Positions 1 to 11,086 of a stretch of DNA of 64,000 bases are shown piece by piece. Within the stretch, counting starts at the first letter, position 1. Each line of letters starts with the position of its first letter. The position numbers and the translations under genes were made by a program. Source of the DNA: Gracilinanus agilis (Eukaryota); contig NC_058133.1 of the NCBI RefSeq assembly GCF_016433145.1, forward strand, positions 439,149,854 through 439,213,853, in the 5' to 3' direction. Below the pieces are notes generated by a model. That model worked only from the letters and a program-made list of their open reading frames with translations. It did no database searches and had not been told where the DNA came from.

Positions 1-359
1 CACAATAGTTAATCTTTAAATTCATAATCATTTTGCTAAACACTGTAGTTTTCCTTATAGCTGAAATATTAACATTTTTTTATTCGTGCCCATCCTTAAT
101 ACAATTTGGAACAGTTTGAGAATTCCCAGTGGTTTTGTTACCAAAGGAAATATGATAGAATAATTGTATTAGCCAAAATATTTCATTGAGAGATTAGGTT
201 TATAGAATGCCCTTTTTGTAGTTGAAGAATCAAGCTTAGAAATAAATAGGTTTTTCACTCAAAAGAAGAATAAAATTAGGTCTTTGACTTGTTTTGTTTC
301 TTATGTATTTACATTTGCCTCCAATGTATCCCTGCTGTAATTCCATCCCAGTCTTCTTT

Positions 360-1950
360 GGGACATTAATATCTTTTTCTTTCTCTCTGTCTTCAACCAT
401 GCATAGCCCCATTCTAAAATAATATTTACCCCTGTTGTTCTTTCAGGCTACTACCCTATTTTTATGTTTTCTGCTGCAAAATTTTAAGAATGTGTAATTT
501 ATATCTGCTACCTTTTCCGTCTGTAATCTCTTATGATGTGGTTTTTGCCTTTACCTTTTTACTGAACAATACCTCTAGTTATTTGCTAGACACGTCCTAC
601 TCACTAAATTCACTTACCTTTTCTTGAGCCTCATCTGTGATCTTTCTGAAATAACTGAGCTCTCTTCTTGAAATTGACCTTTCTCTGCCCTCATGACACT
701 TATTCTTTTCTTCCCTCTCTTCTTTTCCTTTCCTCTTCCATTCCCTAACCCTAGTAATGCATCAAGGCTCAGTTCTTAAACCTTCAGTCTTTTTCTCCAT
801 TGCCTTTACTCATGCTTTCATCCATGACCTTTTTGTGCCTGAATCTCAAATTTATATCTAATTCCAACTTGTTCTCTTAAATCCAGTTAAAACATTATAA
901 TGCATTTACCCAAGTGCCTATTGTTGTACTATTAGCGTCCTTGTTTTTGAGGACTTTTATCATTTAGGACTATATTTGACTGGTTTCTGGACATTTCTGT
1001 TTATATTTCCTATAGTATAAGCACCCAGCATTTGGTTGGAAATTATTCTTTTTATCCCTCCCCCCCAAAAAAAAACACAACAACAACTATTTTCTAATCT
1101 TCTCTATTTTTTAAGATCTCTCCCCATCTCAGATTTCTTCTGATCTCTTGCTTTCATACCAAATCTGTCACTAAGTCCTGTGAGTTCTTTTAAAATGCCT
1201 TTGGCACTCCTTGACAGGCAATGTGTCATAGAGGATAGAACCCTGGATTTGAAAGGAGGAATAATTGGGTTCAAATCCTATCTAGAAACTCATTTTCTCA
1301 TTTCGTCTAGTCACTTAACCACTCTTTGTCCCAATTTCCTCTTAATCTATAAAATTAGAAAATTGCCTACAGTGGTGCATAAGGTTCCTTTCAGCCCCAA
1401 ATCTATGATTCTAAGACCTTTTCCATTTCCATGGCCAGTACCTTAGCTTAAACCCCATAAATCCAATATTAAGATTGATTGTAATAGCTTATTCAGAGTA
1501 GTTTTCTTATGTTCTGCCTCTTTTACCCTCCCACCCCTTCAGTCCCTTTTATGTATTGCCAATGACTCATCTTCCTAAAAAGAGCTTTTATCATGTTATT
1601 TTCATGCTGTATAACTTTTGATACCTTCCTATTAAGGACATGGTAAAGTCTACATTCCTTAGTCTGGCTATAAAGTTATTCCTGATCTGGTTCCAATACA
1701 CCTTTCCAGGTGTATCTCCCCTACTTTGTTCCAAGGCTAGTCAAATTGTATAATTTCAGTCCCATACCTTTGTTGTTAACTCTTTTGTCCCTAGAATACC
1801 TTTTCCACCTGTTGAAATCCTGCTTATTAGGCCCAACTTAAATTCCACTTATTCCTTGAATTCTTCCCTAGCCCTAGTGATACTCACTTCATGATTTCTT
1901 TGGCGTTTATTGTCTTATACCATTTATTCCATAGTTGTGATTAAAGATTT
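360..1950. mobile_element. Fragmented L2 LINE remnants
   Basis: Pyrimidine-rich L2-like segments (e.g. cctcatctgtgatctttctg, atttatatctaattccaac, ccttagtctggc); boundaries approximate. Confidence 0.5.
1213..1412 (+). mobile_element. MIR/MIR3 CORE-SINE
   Basis: CORE motifs gggttcaaatcc, cacttaacc, tataaaat; tail ttcagccccaaatctatgattcta. Confidence 0.65.
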
Positions 1951-1964
1951 ATTAGCATACAAAC

Positions 1965-2145
1965 ACCTAAACTAGCTTTGTGACCCTAGGCAAGTCACTT
2001 AACTTCATTGTGAGTTTCCTCATCTATAAAATGGGGATAATAATAGCACCTGTTTCTCAGGATTAGTGTAGGGGTCAAATGAGATTATGTATAGACAATG
2101 CTTTGTTGCAAAACTTTAAAATGATATATAAATATGAACTGTAGT
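1965..2145 (+). mobile_element. MIR SINE
   Basis: tgtgaccctaggcaagtcacttaac...tttcctcatctataaaatggggataataatagcacc. Confidence 0.75.
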
Positions 2146-3447
2146 TGTGCTTTCATGTGTATATATCTTATGCGAAATTAAAGGACATAAAGTACTTTTA
2201 TGGGGACTTGTTAACTCAAGCTGTGGGTACTGGCTGAAAATAGGTTCAGAGGAAGTTTAGATTAATATATGGATGAGAGAGTCCTAAAAGATTGAAAGAA
2301 ATAAAAGTTGTTGCATCTAGAACAAACTTTCTGAGATTAATGAATTCATGACAAATGACATTCTCTTATAAAGCATTTGCCACTGTAAGAGACAAACTAC
2401 TGTGTAGTGTGGCATTTTCTTGATAGACTTATAGGGAAATACCTTTTCTGTTTTTGGCTTGACCCTCCCACTACCATTCCTGGGACCTCTCCTTGTGTAA
2501 AAATGGTTCAGGTATTATAATTTCTTAGCTATCTTTTATAAGTAGGGGAAGAGGTATTTACTTGAAAGTGAAGGAAAGATAAGTGATTGGGTTTTGAACA
2601 GGCTAATGAAAAATGTTGATTGAGAATAATTATTCTTTTTTGGCATAGTTCATCAGTGACAGTCAAATATTAGATTCATAACTATTTTTACTTGTGTTAA
2701 TCTGGATAAATCTTACATGGTTCAAGCTAGATAGATATTCTGAATTGCTTTGGTTTTTTTTTACCCCTAAATCTTTTTTTGGATCAGATTGTATCTTTTT
2801 ATTCTCCTATCCTAGCATTACCATACATGTCAATTTTCTTTTTAATTCCCTAAATCTCTGTAACGGCTTTTTTCACACTACACACCTCATTTGTTTTATT
2901 GTCATTTTATTCTGTAGGTAGCATGTTGGGAAGCCAAAATTTGAGGATACGTGGGATTGAGGGCAGGCAAAGGCTAATGCCTTAGCAATATATGAGTATT
3001 TGTTTATTAGATTTATATGCAGTAGTGCTCTTTTAAGATCTGGAAATACCATGTCAAGAATTTTTAAATTGTGGCTTCGAATTACATTCAAAAACATTAA
3101 TATAACAAGAGATTGTAGTAGAGAAAGAAGACAGCAAAGTGTTACAATAAGTAAAAAAACTATCTTCAAGGAATAGTAGAACATTATATATAAACTATTT
3201 TTCATCATCAGCTGATATGATGGCCAGGTATTCCTAGGAATCCAGAAACCTGAGTTTGCTATAAAAACTACTGCTTTTTAATAGTTTCCTAAAGTTAAAT
3301 TTTCATCTGTTGTCTTATGGGAGGGTTAGGCCTTTCTATTGTATACTATACAGTAAAGTTGGAAAATGTCTGACTTTTATATTTGTAATTGATCTTATTT
3401 GCCTTTGACCAAAGTGTTTTTTTGGGGGGGTGGGTCTGGCTCTTTAG

Positions 3448-3597
3448 GCTAGACAGCAGCAAGCAGAACTGGCTCAACAAGAATGGCTCCAGATGCAGCA
3501 AGCTGCCCAACAAGCACAGCTGGCTGCTGCTGCTTCAGCCAGTGCATCCCATCAGGCAGGATCTTCTCAGGATGAAGATGATGAAGATGACATCTGA
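3448..3597 (+). CDS. DR1: DR1 (down-regulator of transcription 1 / NC2-beta) terminal coding exon, phase 0, 49 aa + stop
   Basis: Translates to ARQQQAELAQQEWLQMQQAAQQAQLAAAASASASHQAGSSQDEDDEDDI*, which matches the Gln/Ala-rich and acidic C-terminus of vertebrate DR1 as I recall it. Preceded by a canonical AG acceptor; TGA at 3595-3597. Absent from the ORF track because it has no ATG start. Confidence 0.97.
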   Translation, partial: ARQQQAELAQQEWLQMQQAAQQAQLAAAASASASHQAGSSQDEDDEDDI

Positions 3598-3868
3598 AAT
3601 TCACCAGCTGAGTTTTTATTCTCACAGTTTTTTTTTCCTGCACAATGAAAAAGTGAAAAGAATGCTTATCTGTAATTTTGTATGCATCTTGGTGGACTGG
3701 CCATTGGTATTCTTGGGATGTCTGCTGTTAAGTTTCAGCTATTGTGTGCTATACATGTAAAAACTCTCTCTTTGAACTCTCGAAGATTTAAGGTTCAGTA
3801 TCATATCAATTTTGAATTTTTAATGGTGTTTATGAAATTTTAGATAGCAGTGAGTCCTTTATTTGATC

Positions 3869-3874
3869 AATAAA
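3869..3874 (+). terminator. Proximal polyadenylation signal AATAAA
   Basis: ...gatcAATAAAcagtgttac, 272 nt after the stop codon. Confidence 0.6.
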
Positions 3875-4120
3875 CAGTGTTACAGTAAACTACAAGTTTA
3901 TAAAATACATTGAGATTTATACAGAAGCTCTAAATCTACATGTGCATTTCCTCTGCCCTTTTAACTAAACTATAAAAATCATATATGGGGAATTTTTAAT
4001 TATTTTTTCGGGGTTGGGTTGGGCGGGTGGGAATGATGCAGTAGACATTGGATCAGGTTAGTTAAAAAAACAAAGAGTTCAGTTCTACAGTATCTGAATT
4101 TTTTGTCCTTTTAAAAATGA

Positions 4121-4122
<2 letters not shown>

Positions 4123-4151
<29 letters not shown>
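4123..4151. repeat. (AT)n microsatellite in DR1 3'UTR
   Basis: Direct reading: uninterrupted atat run. Confidence 0.95.
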
Positions 4152-4157
<6 letters not shown>

Positions 4158-5541
4158 AAGGTAATAAATATATATGCTCAGTTAAATACACTTGTTTAAA
4201 ACTCAAACACATACAATGCTAGGAAAACGTATGTTTAATAGGAGTTGTACAAATTCAATTGTATTTTTTTTTTGTATAGGGGTAAAACCAAGGTTTTATT
4301 ATGGCATCTATTCATCTTGAACTAAACTATTACATTTCAAAGACTGCCCTATTTTGAGGACTGTCATGATTCTTATTATTTCACTCCAATTCAATAATTG
4401 TTGTTGATAGTGTTACTTGCTTTGTCCAACCATGTTCATATTAAAATGAGTAGGTGGAACTTGATGAAACATTGGCTTGGGTTCCATGGGTTTAACTGGA
4501 GATGGTGAAGACGCAAATCTTTGTGGGGAGGAATGGAAGCTAATGAGCATGCTTGCAGGAAAAGAGTAATTTTTAAAATGTCACCCTGACTAGTTATAGT
4601 TTATTTTTTGTCAGCAGAAATTTAACATTTTTCTGACTAGGTTACAGGCAGATTGCTATGCTACCTTTTGAAATGGCATCAGTGTCTTCTTAATCCTAAT
4701 TGGGTTTAATAGCAGAAAAATTAATCAGGTTTAGTTTCAGTTAGGACAGCATGCCATATGACTGATGAGTACCACAAGGAATACTAATGGTTAGTTTTAA
4801 TGTGTTAGTTTAAGGGAAAACTTTTTTTTTTGTTCCAGTAAAGCACATTCATGGTTGTTTAATTCTGATGTATTGAAGAAATAGCATACTTGTTCACATT
4901 TTGGTAACAGAAAGGAAAAGCCACAAATCTTTTGTCAGATATCCATATCCTTGAATTTTGAGATTTCAAACAGAGTTGAAGAAATTACATCGTAGATTTG
5001 GCAACTGCTAGGATTCTAAAAATCCATTTTAATTAGAAAATTAAAAATGTTAGGTTTACAAGTATCTGGATTTCTTAATGAACAGATTTTGCTATTTCAG
5101 AAAATGAAAAGTTATTAAGTATTTATTAAATATTCCTCCTTTTCCCCATATCTCCCTTCCTCCCTCAATGAAAAAGTTCGTTTTGTTGGAGTGTTTAAGT
5201 TGAAATTATTTCATGGATATTGCAAGAAGTAAGTTGGGCAAGATCTGAGTAAGCAACTGGTTTTTTTTAAAGGTATCAATAAGTACCAAAGGTAGTAAAG
5301 CTAGTTGAGAGTAATCATATGTTAATATGCAGTGTTGGCTTTTCTAATTTGTACTGTAACATCTTTACACTTTCTATTTTAAGTGAATCTTTTTTTTCTT
5401 AACTTAGATATTTTTCACACTTTTTTTTTCTGATGCAGAGTTCAGGTTAATATTTTACTGCATCTGGTATGTATGATGTTTGGATTCTTGTGACTTTTCC
5501 TTTGGACATTCTTATGCTTTCTTATGCTGTATTCTTCAAGC

Positions 5542-5547
5542 AATAAA
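5542..5547 (+). terminator. Distal polyadenylation signal AATAAA
   Basis: Upstream TGTA motifs at 5470 and 5528, downstream GT/T-rich tract (gatgtgttttataaattgttttt); interspersed repeats begin shortly after. Confidence 0.65.
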
Positions 5548-5834
5548 ATTCTGATGTGTTTTATAAATTGTTTTTATACTTAATACATTGCATACATTTA
5601 TAATATAAAGATAGAATTTTCTCCTTACCATATGACCAATTTAAAAAAAAACCACATAGGCCAAAAGGGTCCAAATATTGCTGAATGACATTTTTGGTTA
5701 GGAGGAATAGATACACATTGACCATTTGGCAAAAAATGTTTGCTTTGCTTCTTTGTTTGCTTGAATTACATCAAATGTGTTTTACATATACCTTTGTAAT
5801 TTATGTATCTTGATTGTCTTTATTGTTTACCATT

Positions 5835-6000
5835 AATTACTAGCTCTGTGACCCCGGGAAAGTCTCAATTTCTGAATCTCAGTTTCCTTATCTGTAAAAT
5901 GGAGATAATATTTGAATTACCTACCTCACAGGGCTGTTGTGAGGAGCAAATGAGATGTAAGTAAGGTGCTTTGCAAACCTTAAGCACCATATAAGTTTGT
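5835..6000 (+). mobile_element. MIR SINE
   Basis: ctgtgacc...ctcagtttccttatctgtaaaatggagataata...acctacctcacagggctgttgtgagg. Confidence 0.8.
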
Positions 6001-6400
6001 TATTTTTACTGTGTATACTTCCTGAGTTTGATAAGGCCAATTGTGTAGTGTTTTACTTTTAGCTTTGTTTTTTTAAATTTTAGGGACACCATTTTCTCAT
6101 ACTTGGCATTCAGGTACATTGAAATTGATATAAATTTTTGGTAAAAGGGGAGAGATTTCTATATTTCTATAGAAGCAAATTTATTTGAGTCTACTTTCTA
6201 GCTTGTGTATATTAGTCTATTTTGGGGATCTACCAGTGTTTGAGGATATGAAGAAGCATTTTTTAGTATAACAGTGTAATGATTTACTCTAACACTTTCC
6301 TATTAACCTCAAATAAGTAGTAAAAACTTCCCAAGGAATATAGCTTACACATCTTGCAATAAATATTTCAGTGTAATATCAGTCAAAAATAAGAGCAAAA

Positions 6401-6590
6401 GGGGGCAGCTGGGTAGCTCAGTGGATTGAGAGCCAGGCCTAGAGACGGGAGGTCCTAGGTTCAAATATGGCCTCAGACACTTCCCAGCTGTGTGACCCTG
6501 GGCAAGTCACTTGACCCCCATTGCCTACCCTTACCACTCTTCCACCTATAAGTCAATACACAGAAGTTAAGGGTTTAAAAAAAATTAAAA
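6401..6590 (+). mobile_element. SINE1_Mdo-like SINE (short-tail variant) with 16 bp TSD
   Basis: Head gggggcagctgggtagctcagtggattgagagccagg; A-rich tail; TSD aaaaataagagcaaaa at 6385-6400 and 6591-6606. Confidence 0.9.
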
Positions 6591-7689
6591 AAAAATAAGA
6601 GCAAAATATTTTTCTTCCTGATATTGATGAAATTATATCATGTACTCAACATAGTTTTAGTGATAATCAGTGTCCATCAAATTTTGATTGATAAGAACTG
6701 CAAATTTAAGATGAAACATCAAAAGTCTACTACTGAGCAAAAATTAGTTGAATTAAAAAAACTGATTTTTTGGGGGTCTAATTAAAAAATATATAAAAAT
6801 AATCACTTCATAGTTTGACATTGTTTCTCAAAGATATATAGCATGTGGATCTTCTAATTGTTATAATGTTTGCAACTGTGTCACTTTACTATAGTTTTAT
6901 GCATAGTTCACACAAGGTCAAGGATGACTTACAAACCAACCTTGTGAGATTTTCAGAAGCTGCTAGATATATTACAATATTTTTTTATGTAAAATGAAAA
7001 AGAAAACATAATTATTCAGTAATTTGACTTCTATTAAATCAAGAAGGTTCATTTAAGTATGAGATATATTTAGGTATCAAAATGTAGATTTTTGCCTACA
7101 GAAATAATATTCTTATTTATAACAGATAAGAAGGTGGTAAGTGGTAGACCTGATCAGTTTTCCTATAGCTATAAAACTACATTAAAAAGTTTCTGTAAAG
7201 TCATCGAATAGATTGGTGCAATTATAGCTGAACAAAAAGGAAAACTTTGAAGATAGATGGAATGATCCTTAACTGAAATTTCATTTCTGTACTTTAATCC
7301 TTAGGTATTCCTGAAATAATTAAATCTATAGCTTGACCGACTGTTTTACTTCCATACTGACATGAAGCTTAGTGGGTACATTGATTTGAGATGTTGGAGC
7401 AGAATAAGACTGAAGAATAGAACCTGTTTTTAAAATCAGTATTCTTAGGAACCTTAAGAAAGCTCATATTATTAATTGTTAGCTCATAATTTCCCATAGG
7501 AACAATGTTATAATTTGGAATTTTGTTCCTCACCAAGAACTTGGAAACAAGTAAATCAGAAATATAACTTACACATTTTGTAAAATCCAGTGGCCTTTTG
7601 TCAGTCCTCATCCTCCTTATATATTCTGAAACACTTGGTACTCTATCTCATCCTTGAGACATTTATTTTCTTTCTTTGATGATATATAC

Positions 7690-8413
7690 CAATGATGGTG
7701 AACCTAAGGCATTGGTACCAAAGATGGCACACAGTGAACTCTCTGTGGGCATGTGCAAACCCCCCCCCCCCCAGTTCATTACTAGAAAGGCAGAGAGACT
7801 TGGGTGGGAGCTGTTCTCTTCCCCCTCTCCACCATGCCTCCACATTTTTTCACATCACCTGCCTCTGCCCAGCAGCCCAATGGGAATGCACAAGAGTAAG
7901 GTGGGCAGCTCACAAGTAGAAGAGCTGGAGGGGAATGAAACACTCAGGCCACTCCCATCTCCCTCTCTGCACTTGCTGAGGACATTCTTCACTTCATCTG
8001 CCCCTCCACCTAGCAGCCCCATGGGAGTGTTTCCTCCCTCCCCTGTGTGGGGTAAGGGGGAGATAGGGGCACACTCAGCACTCAGTCAGGAGAGGGGGCA
8101 GGCATGGCACACAATCTTGGGATATGGGCAGGGCATTTGGTCTAGGGCAGTGATGGACAAACTACTGCTTGTGGGCCAGATGTGGCCTCCTGAAATGTTC
8201 TATCCAGCCGAGGGACATTATTCCTAATCTGACGAATATGATGAGTAGGATACAATACAATGAAACTTCAAAAGAGTTGCCTTAGAAACAGACTGACAGA
8301 AGAACATTTCTTTTCCTTTGGCACCTTCTTTAAAAAGTTTGCCCATCACTGGTCTAGGGGGTAGGATGGGGGCAGGATCCAGCACTCTATCTCTAAAAGG
8401 TCTGCCATCACTG
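7690..8413. mobile_element. Non-autonomous hAT DNA transposon (TIR consensus CAGTGATGGCGAACCT type) carrying a nested MITE
   Basis: Left TIR caatgatggtgaacct, right end aggtctgccatcactg; perfect 8 bp TSD atatatac at 7682-7689 and 8414-8421. Confidence 0.9.
8148..8351. mobile_element. 204 bp hAT/Charlie-type MITE nested in the 7690 element
   Basis: TIRs cagtgatggacaaact and agtttgcccatcactg; perfect 8 bp TSD gtctaggg at 8140-8147 and 8352-8359 (TCTAG core typical of Charlie targets). Confidence 0.92.
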
Positions 8414-9607
8414 ATATATACTAATGCTAGTTGTCCTGCCACTCTTAACATTTCTGCCTAGCCTCTAATTCCTCGTCTTCTGCAGTTCATTAAATGTTAT
8501 CATTTTCAAATTGGTAGTCCTCTGTCTCTTTCTAAGCTTTGTCCTTTGAAGAGCTCTTCAACTCTGTTGGCTTCAAATATTTTATTGTATAATGTAAGAC
8601 AAAAAGGAATTAAAAGGCAAACATGTCAAAAAGGAAACTGATCGGGATGTGATAGAGAGGATTCCCAAAAACAAATGGTCATCCAATCTCTGCCAAATAT
8701 TTCTTTATATTGAGTCAAAATCTGCCTTATTTCAACTCTGCTCTCTAAGGATAAGTAGAACAAAATCTAATTCCTCCTCTAAAATTTTAGATTGCTGCTC
8801 TCCTTCCCTTCCTCCTTGAGTCTTCTCTCTAAGCTTCAATATGCCCAGTTCCTAAAACCATTCTTTAAATGGAATGATTCTCAGAATTCTGATCATCCTA
8901 TTTCCCCACTTTGGATGCATTCCAATTTGTTAATATACTTTCTTAAGGCATGGTGCATCAAGTTGAACTCCAACTAGGTCAGGTATCACCTCTCATTCTC
9001 TTTAGTGCAACCTAAAGTCATGTTAACTTTTTGGTGGCCATATTATGTTATTTAGTCAGTCACTGAATCACAAAGTTTTGGAGGAGACCTAAGTGACTTA
9101 TCTAGTCTAACCAATACCCCAGGAAGCATTTCCTTTACAATACCCAAAGTGGTCTCATTTAAGCCTTTGGAAGCCTCTTGGTGAGGTGAAACCCACAAAA
9201 CCTAAAGATGGGAAATTATACTTTTGGATAGCTCAAACTTTTGAGGCATTTTTCAAGCCTAAGTTTGCCTCTGTGCTATTTCTTCTAATTGTTAACAGTT
9301 TTATTTTATGGAACTGAAGAGACTATATGCCTAATTCCTTTTTCGCAGAACAGCCCTTCACACTGCTGAGTTCAGCCTCTTATCACCTCTGGCCTAGACT
9401 ATTACAGTAGCCTACTAATTGGTTTCTCCCTGGCAGTTCTTTTTTCTCTCCAATCAACCCATTCTCCTTGAGTTTCTAAAAGATTGGTGATGCCTTGTCA
9501 CAGGCCTGATAGTTCATTCAAGAAGCTTCAGTGCTGCCTTTAATTTTATAAAATTCAGCTAAATTTAAAAACTTGTAACAATTTGACCCCAACTCATTTT
9601 CCTATAC

Positions 9608-9790
9608 GAGGGATTCTTAACCTGGGGCCTTAAACTTAAAAAAAAGTTTTATAACTGTATTTTAATATTAGTAGCCATCTTTATAACTTTCTGTATTTGT
9701 GTTTTTAAAAACAACCTTCTGAGAAGGTGTCCATAGACTTTCCCCAACTGCCAAGGGGACCTTAACATAGAAAAAATTGAAGAATTCCTT
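9608..9790. mobile_element. Old hAT-Charlie-like MITE
   Basis: Left end agggattcttaacctgggg, degenerate right end ttgaagaattcct; internal ctgagaaggtgtccatagac; no clean TSD. Confidence 0.5.
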
Positions 9791-10873
9791 TTCGTGCTCT
9801 ACTCATCCATTTAGCCAATCCAGCCAGCTTTGACATTTTATCTCTTGCCTCCATGGCTTGGCAAAGGATACTATTCATTTACTTGTATACTTATTTCCTT
9901 CTATAAAAATAAAAGCCTTTTAAAGGCTTTGTATCCCCAACATCTAGCATCATGCCTGAAACTGAGTAAATGCTTGTTAAATTGAATATCAGAAGACAAC
10001 TATCATATCTCCCCTGAGATATTTCTTTTTCTGGTTGAACTCCCTTAGGCTTCCTCAACCAATTTTCATAAGGCATGAATTCAAGGCTCTATTCTGGTTG
10101 CTCTCTTCCAGCTTATTAAAGTCATTCCTCAAATGTTGTATCTAAAACTGAACACTAAATGTGATTTGACTAGGGAAGAGTACAACAGGTATAATGACAT
10201 TAAGAATCCATGCTTCTTAAAATGCAACCTAATCTTGCATTAGGTTTTTTGACTGCTATATCACATTATTTACTCATCAAACTTTAGTTTCCATCCATTG
10301 CCAGATCATTTTAGACAGACTTGGCTAGTTATATCTCATCTGTCTTGTATTTGTAATTTTAAATTTTATCTTATTTAATTTAGCTCAGTGTTACAGCTTT
10401 CAGGGTCTTTTTTGATCCTGACTTTCATCTAAACCTATCCCTCTCGTACTACTTCATCCAGAACCATTAGTTGGTACTAATGATCTGCAGATTTGTTACT
10501 TGTAGCATCTTTGCCTTTTTTCAAAAAATTCCAAGTAACCTTTATAATTTTCCAAATGCACAGATCCATGAACAGCTCTCTGGAGCACTAGAACTTTACT
10601 TCCAAGCTGACATAAAACTATTAATGAATATTTTGGGTCCAACTCTTTTGTTCAGTTCTATATCCCATTTTGTGCTGTCCCTAAGCCAGTGATGTAAAAT
10701 CAAATAGAAATTGATCCCTGATAGCCACTTATTGACTTAGAAAACCATAGATTAGCATTATCTTTGGTGTATTTTATTTTTACTTTGTTACAACTCTGCA
10801 AGGGAGTTTTGTGGGAGTTTAACATCTTAACAAAACTGCATAGCTCAACCTCTTCTTTAAGAATAGTATGAGA

Positions 10874-11086
10874 GGGGGCAGATGGGTGGCTCAGTGGATT
10901 GAAAACCAGGTCTAGAGATGGGAGGTCCTAGGTTCAAATCTGGCCTCAGACACTTCTTAGCTGTGTGACCCTGGGCAAGTCACTTAACCCCCATTGCCTA
11001 GCCCTTACCACTCTTCTGCCTTGGATCCAATGCAGAGTATTGATTCCAAGACAGAAGGTAAGGGTTTAAAAAAAAAAAAAAAAAAA
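10874..11086 (+). mobile_element. SINE1_Mdo-like SINE with 15 bp TSD
   Basis: Full head, hairpin tail and poly(A); TSD aagaatagtatgaga at 10859-10873 and 11087-11101. Confidence 0.92.

Larger units (their letters stand above)
1..3447 (+). other. DR1: Last intron of DR1 (5' end lies outside the window)
   Basis: Ends in ...tctttag (AG at 3446-3447) directly before the DR1 terminal exon. No earlier DR1 coding exon recognised in 1-3447. Confidence 0.85.
3598..5570 (+). other. DR1: DR1 3'UTR (to the distal poly(A) signal; longer isoforms possible)
   Basis: AT-rich sequence free of interspersed repeats after the stop. The first ~300 nt resemble the human DR1 3'UTR as recalled. AATAAA at 3869, 4152, 4163 and 5542. 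The 3' end is approximate. Confidence 0.75.

Noticed and set aside
3389-3760. 123 aa ORF (+) and 64 aa ORF (-) over the DR1 exon
   Set aside because: Wrong frame or antisense shadows of the true DR1 exon (3448-3597); the + ORF begins in intronic sequence at a non-ATG codon.
7676-8227. 183 aa Pro/Ser-rich ORF similar to the 106 aa ORF at 27206-27526
   Set aside because: The similarity arises because both lie in copies of the same GC-rich hAT MITE, which is poor in stop codons. No transposase motifs, and start and end points are not shared.
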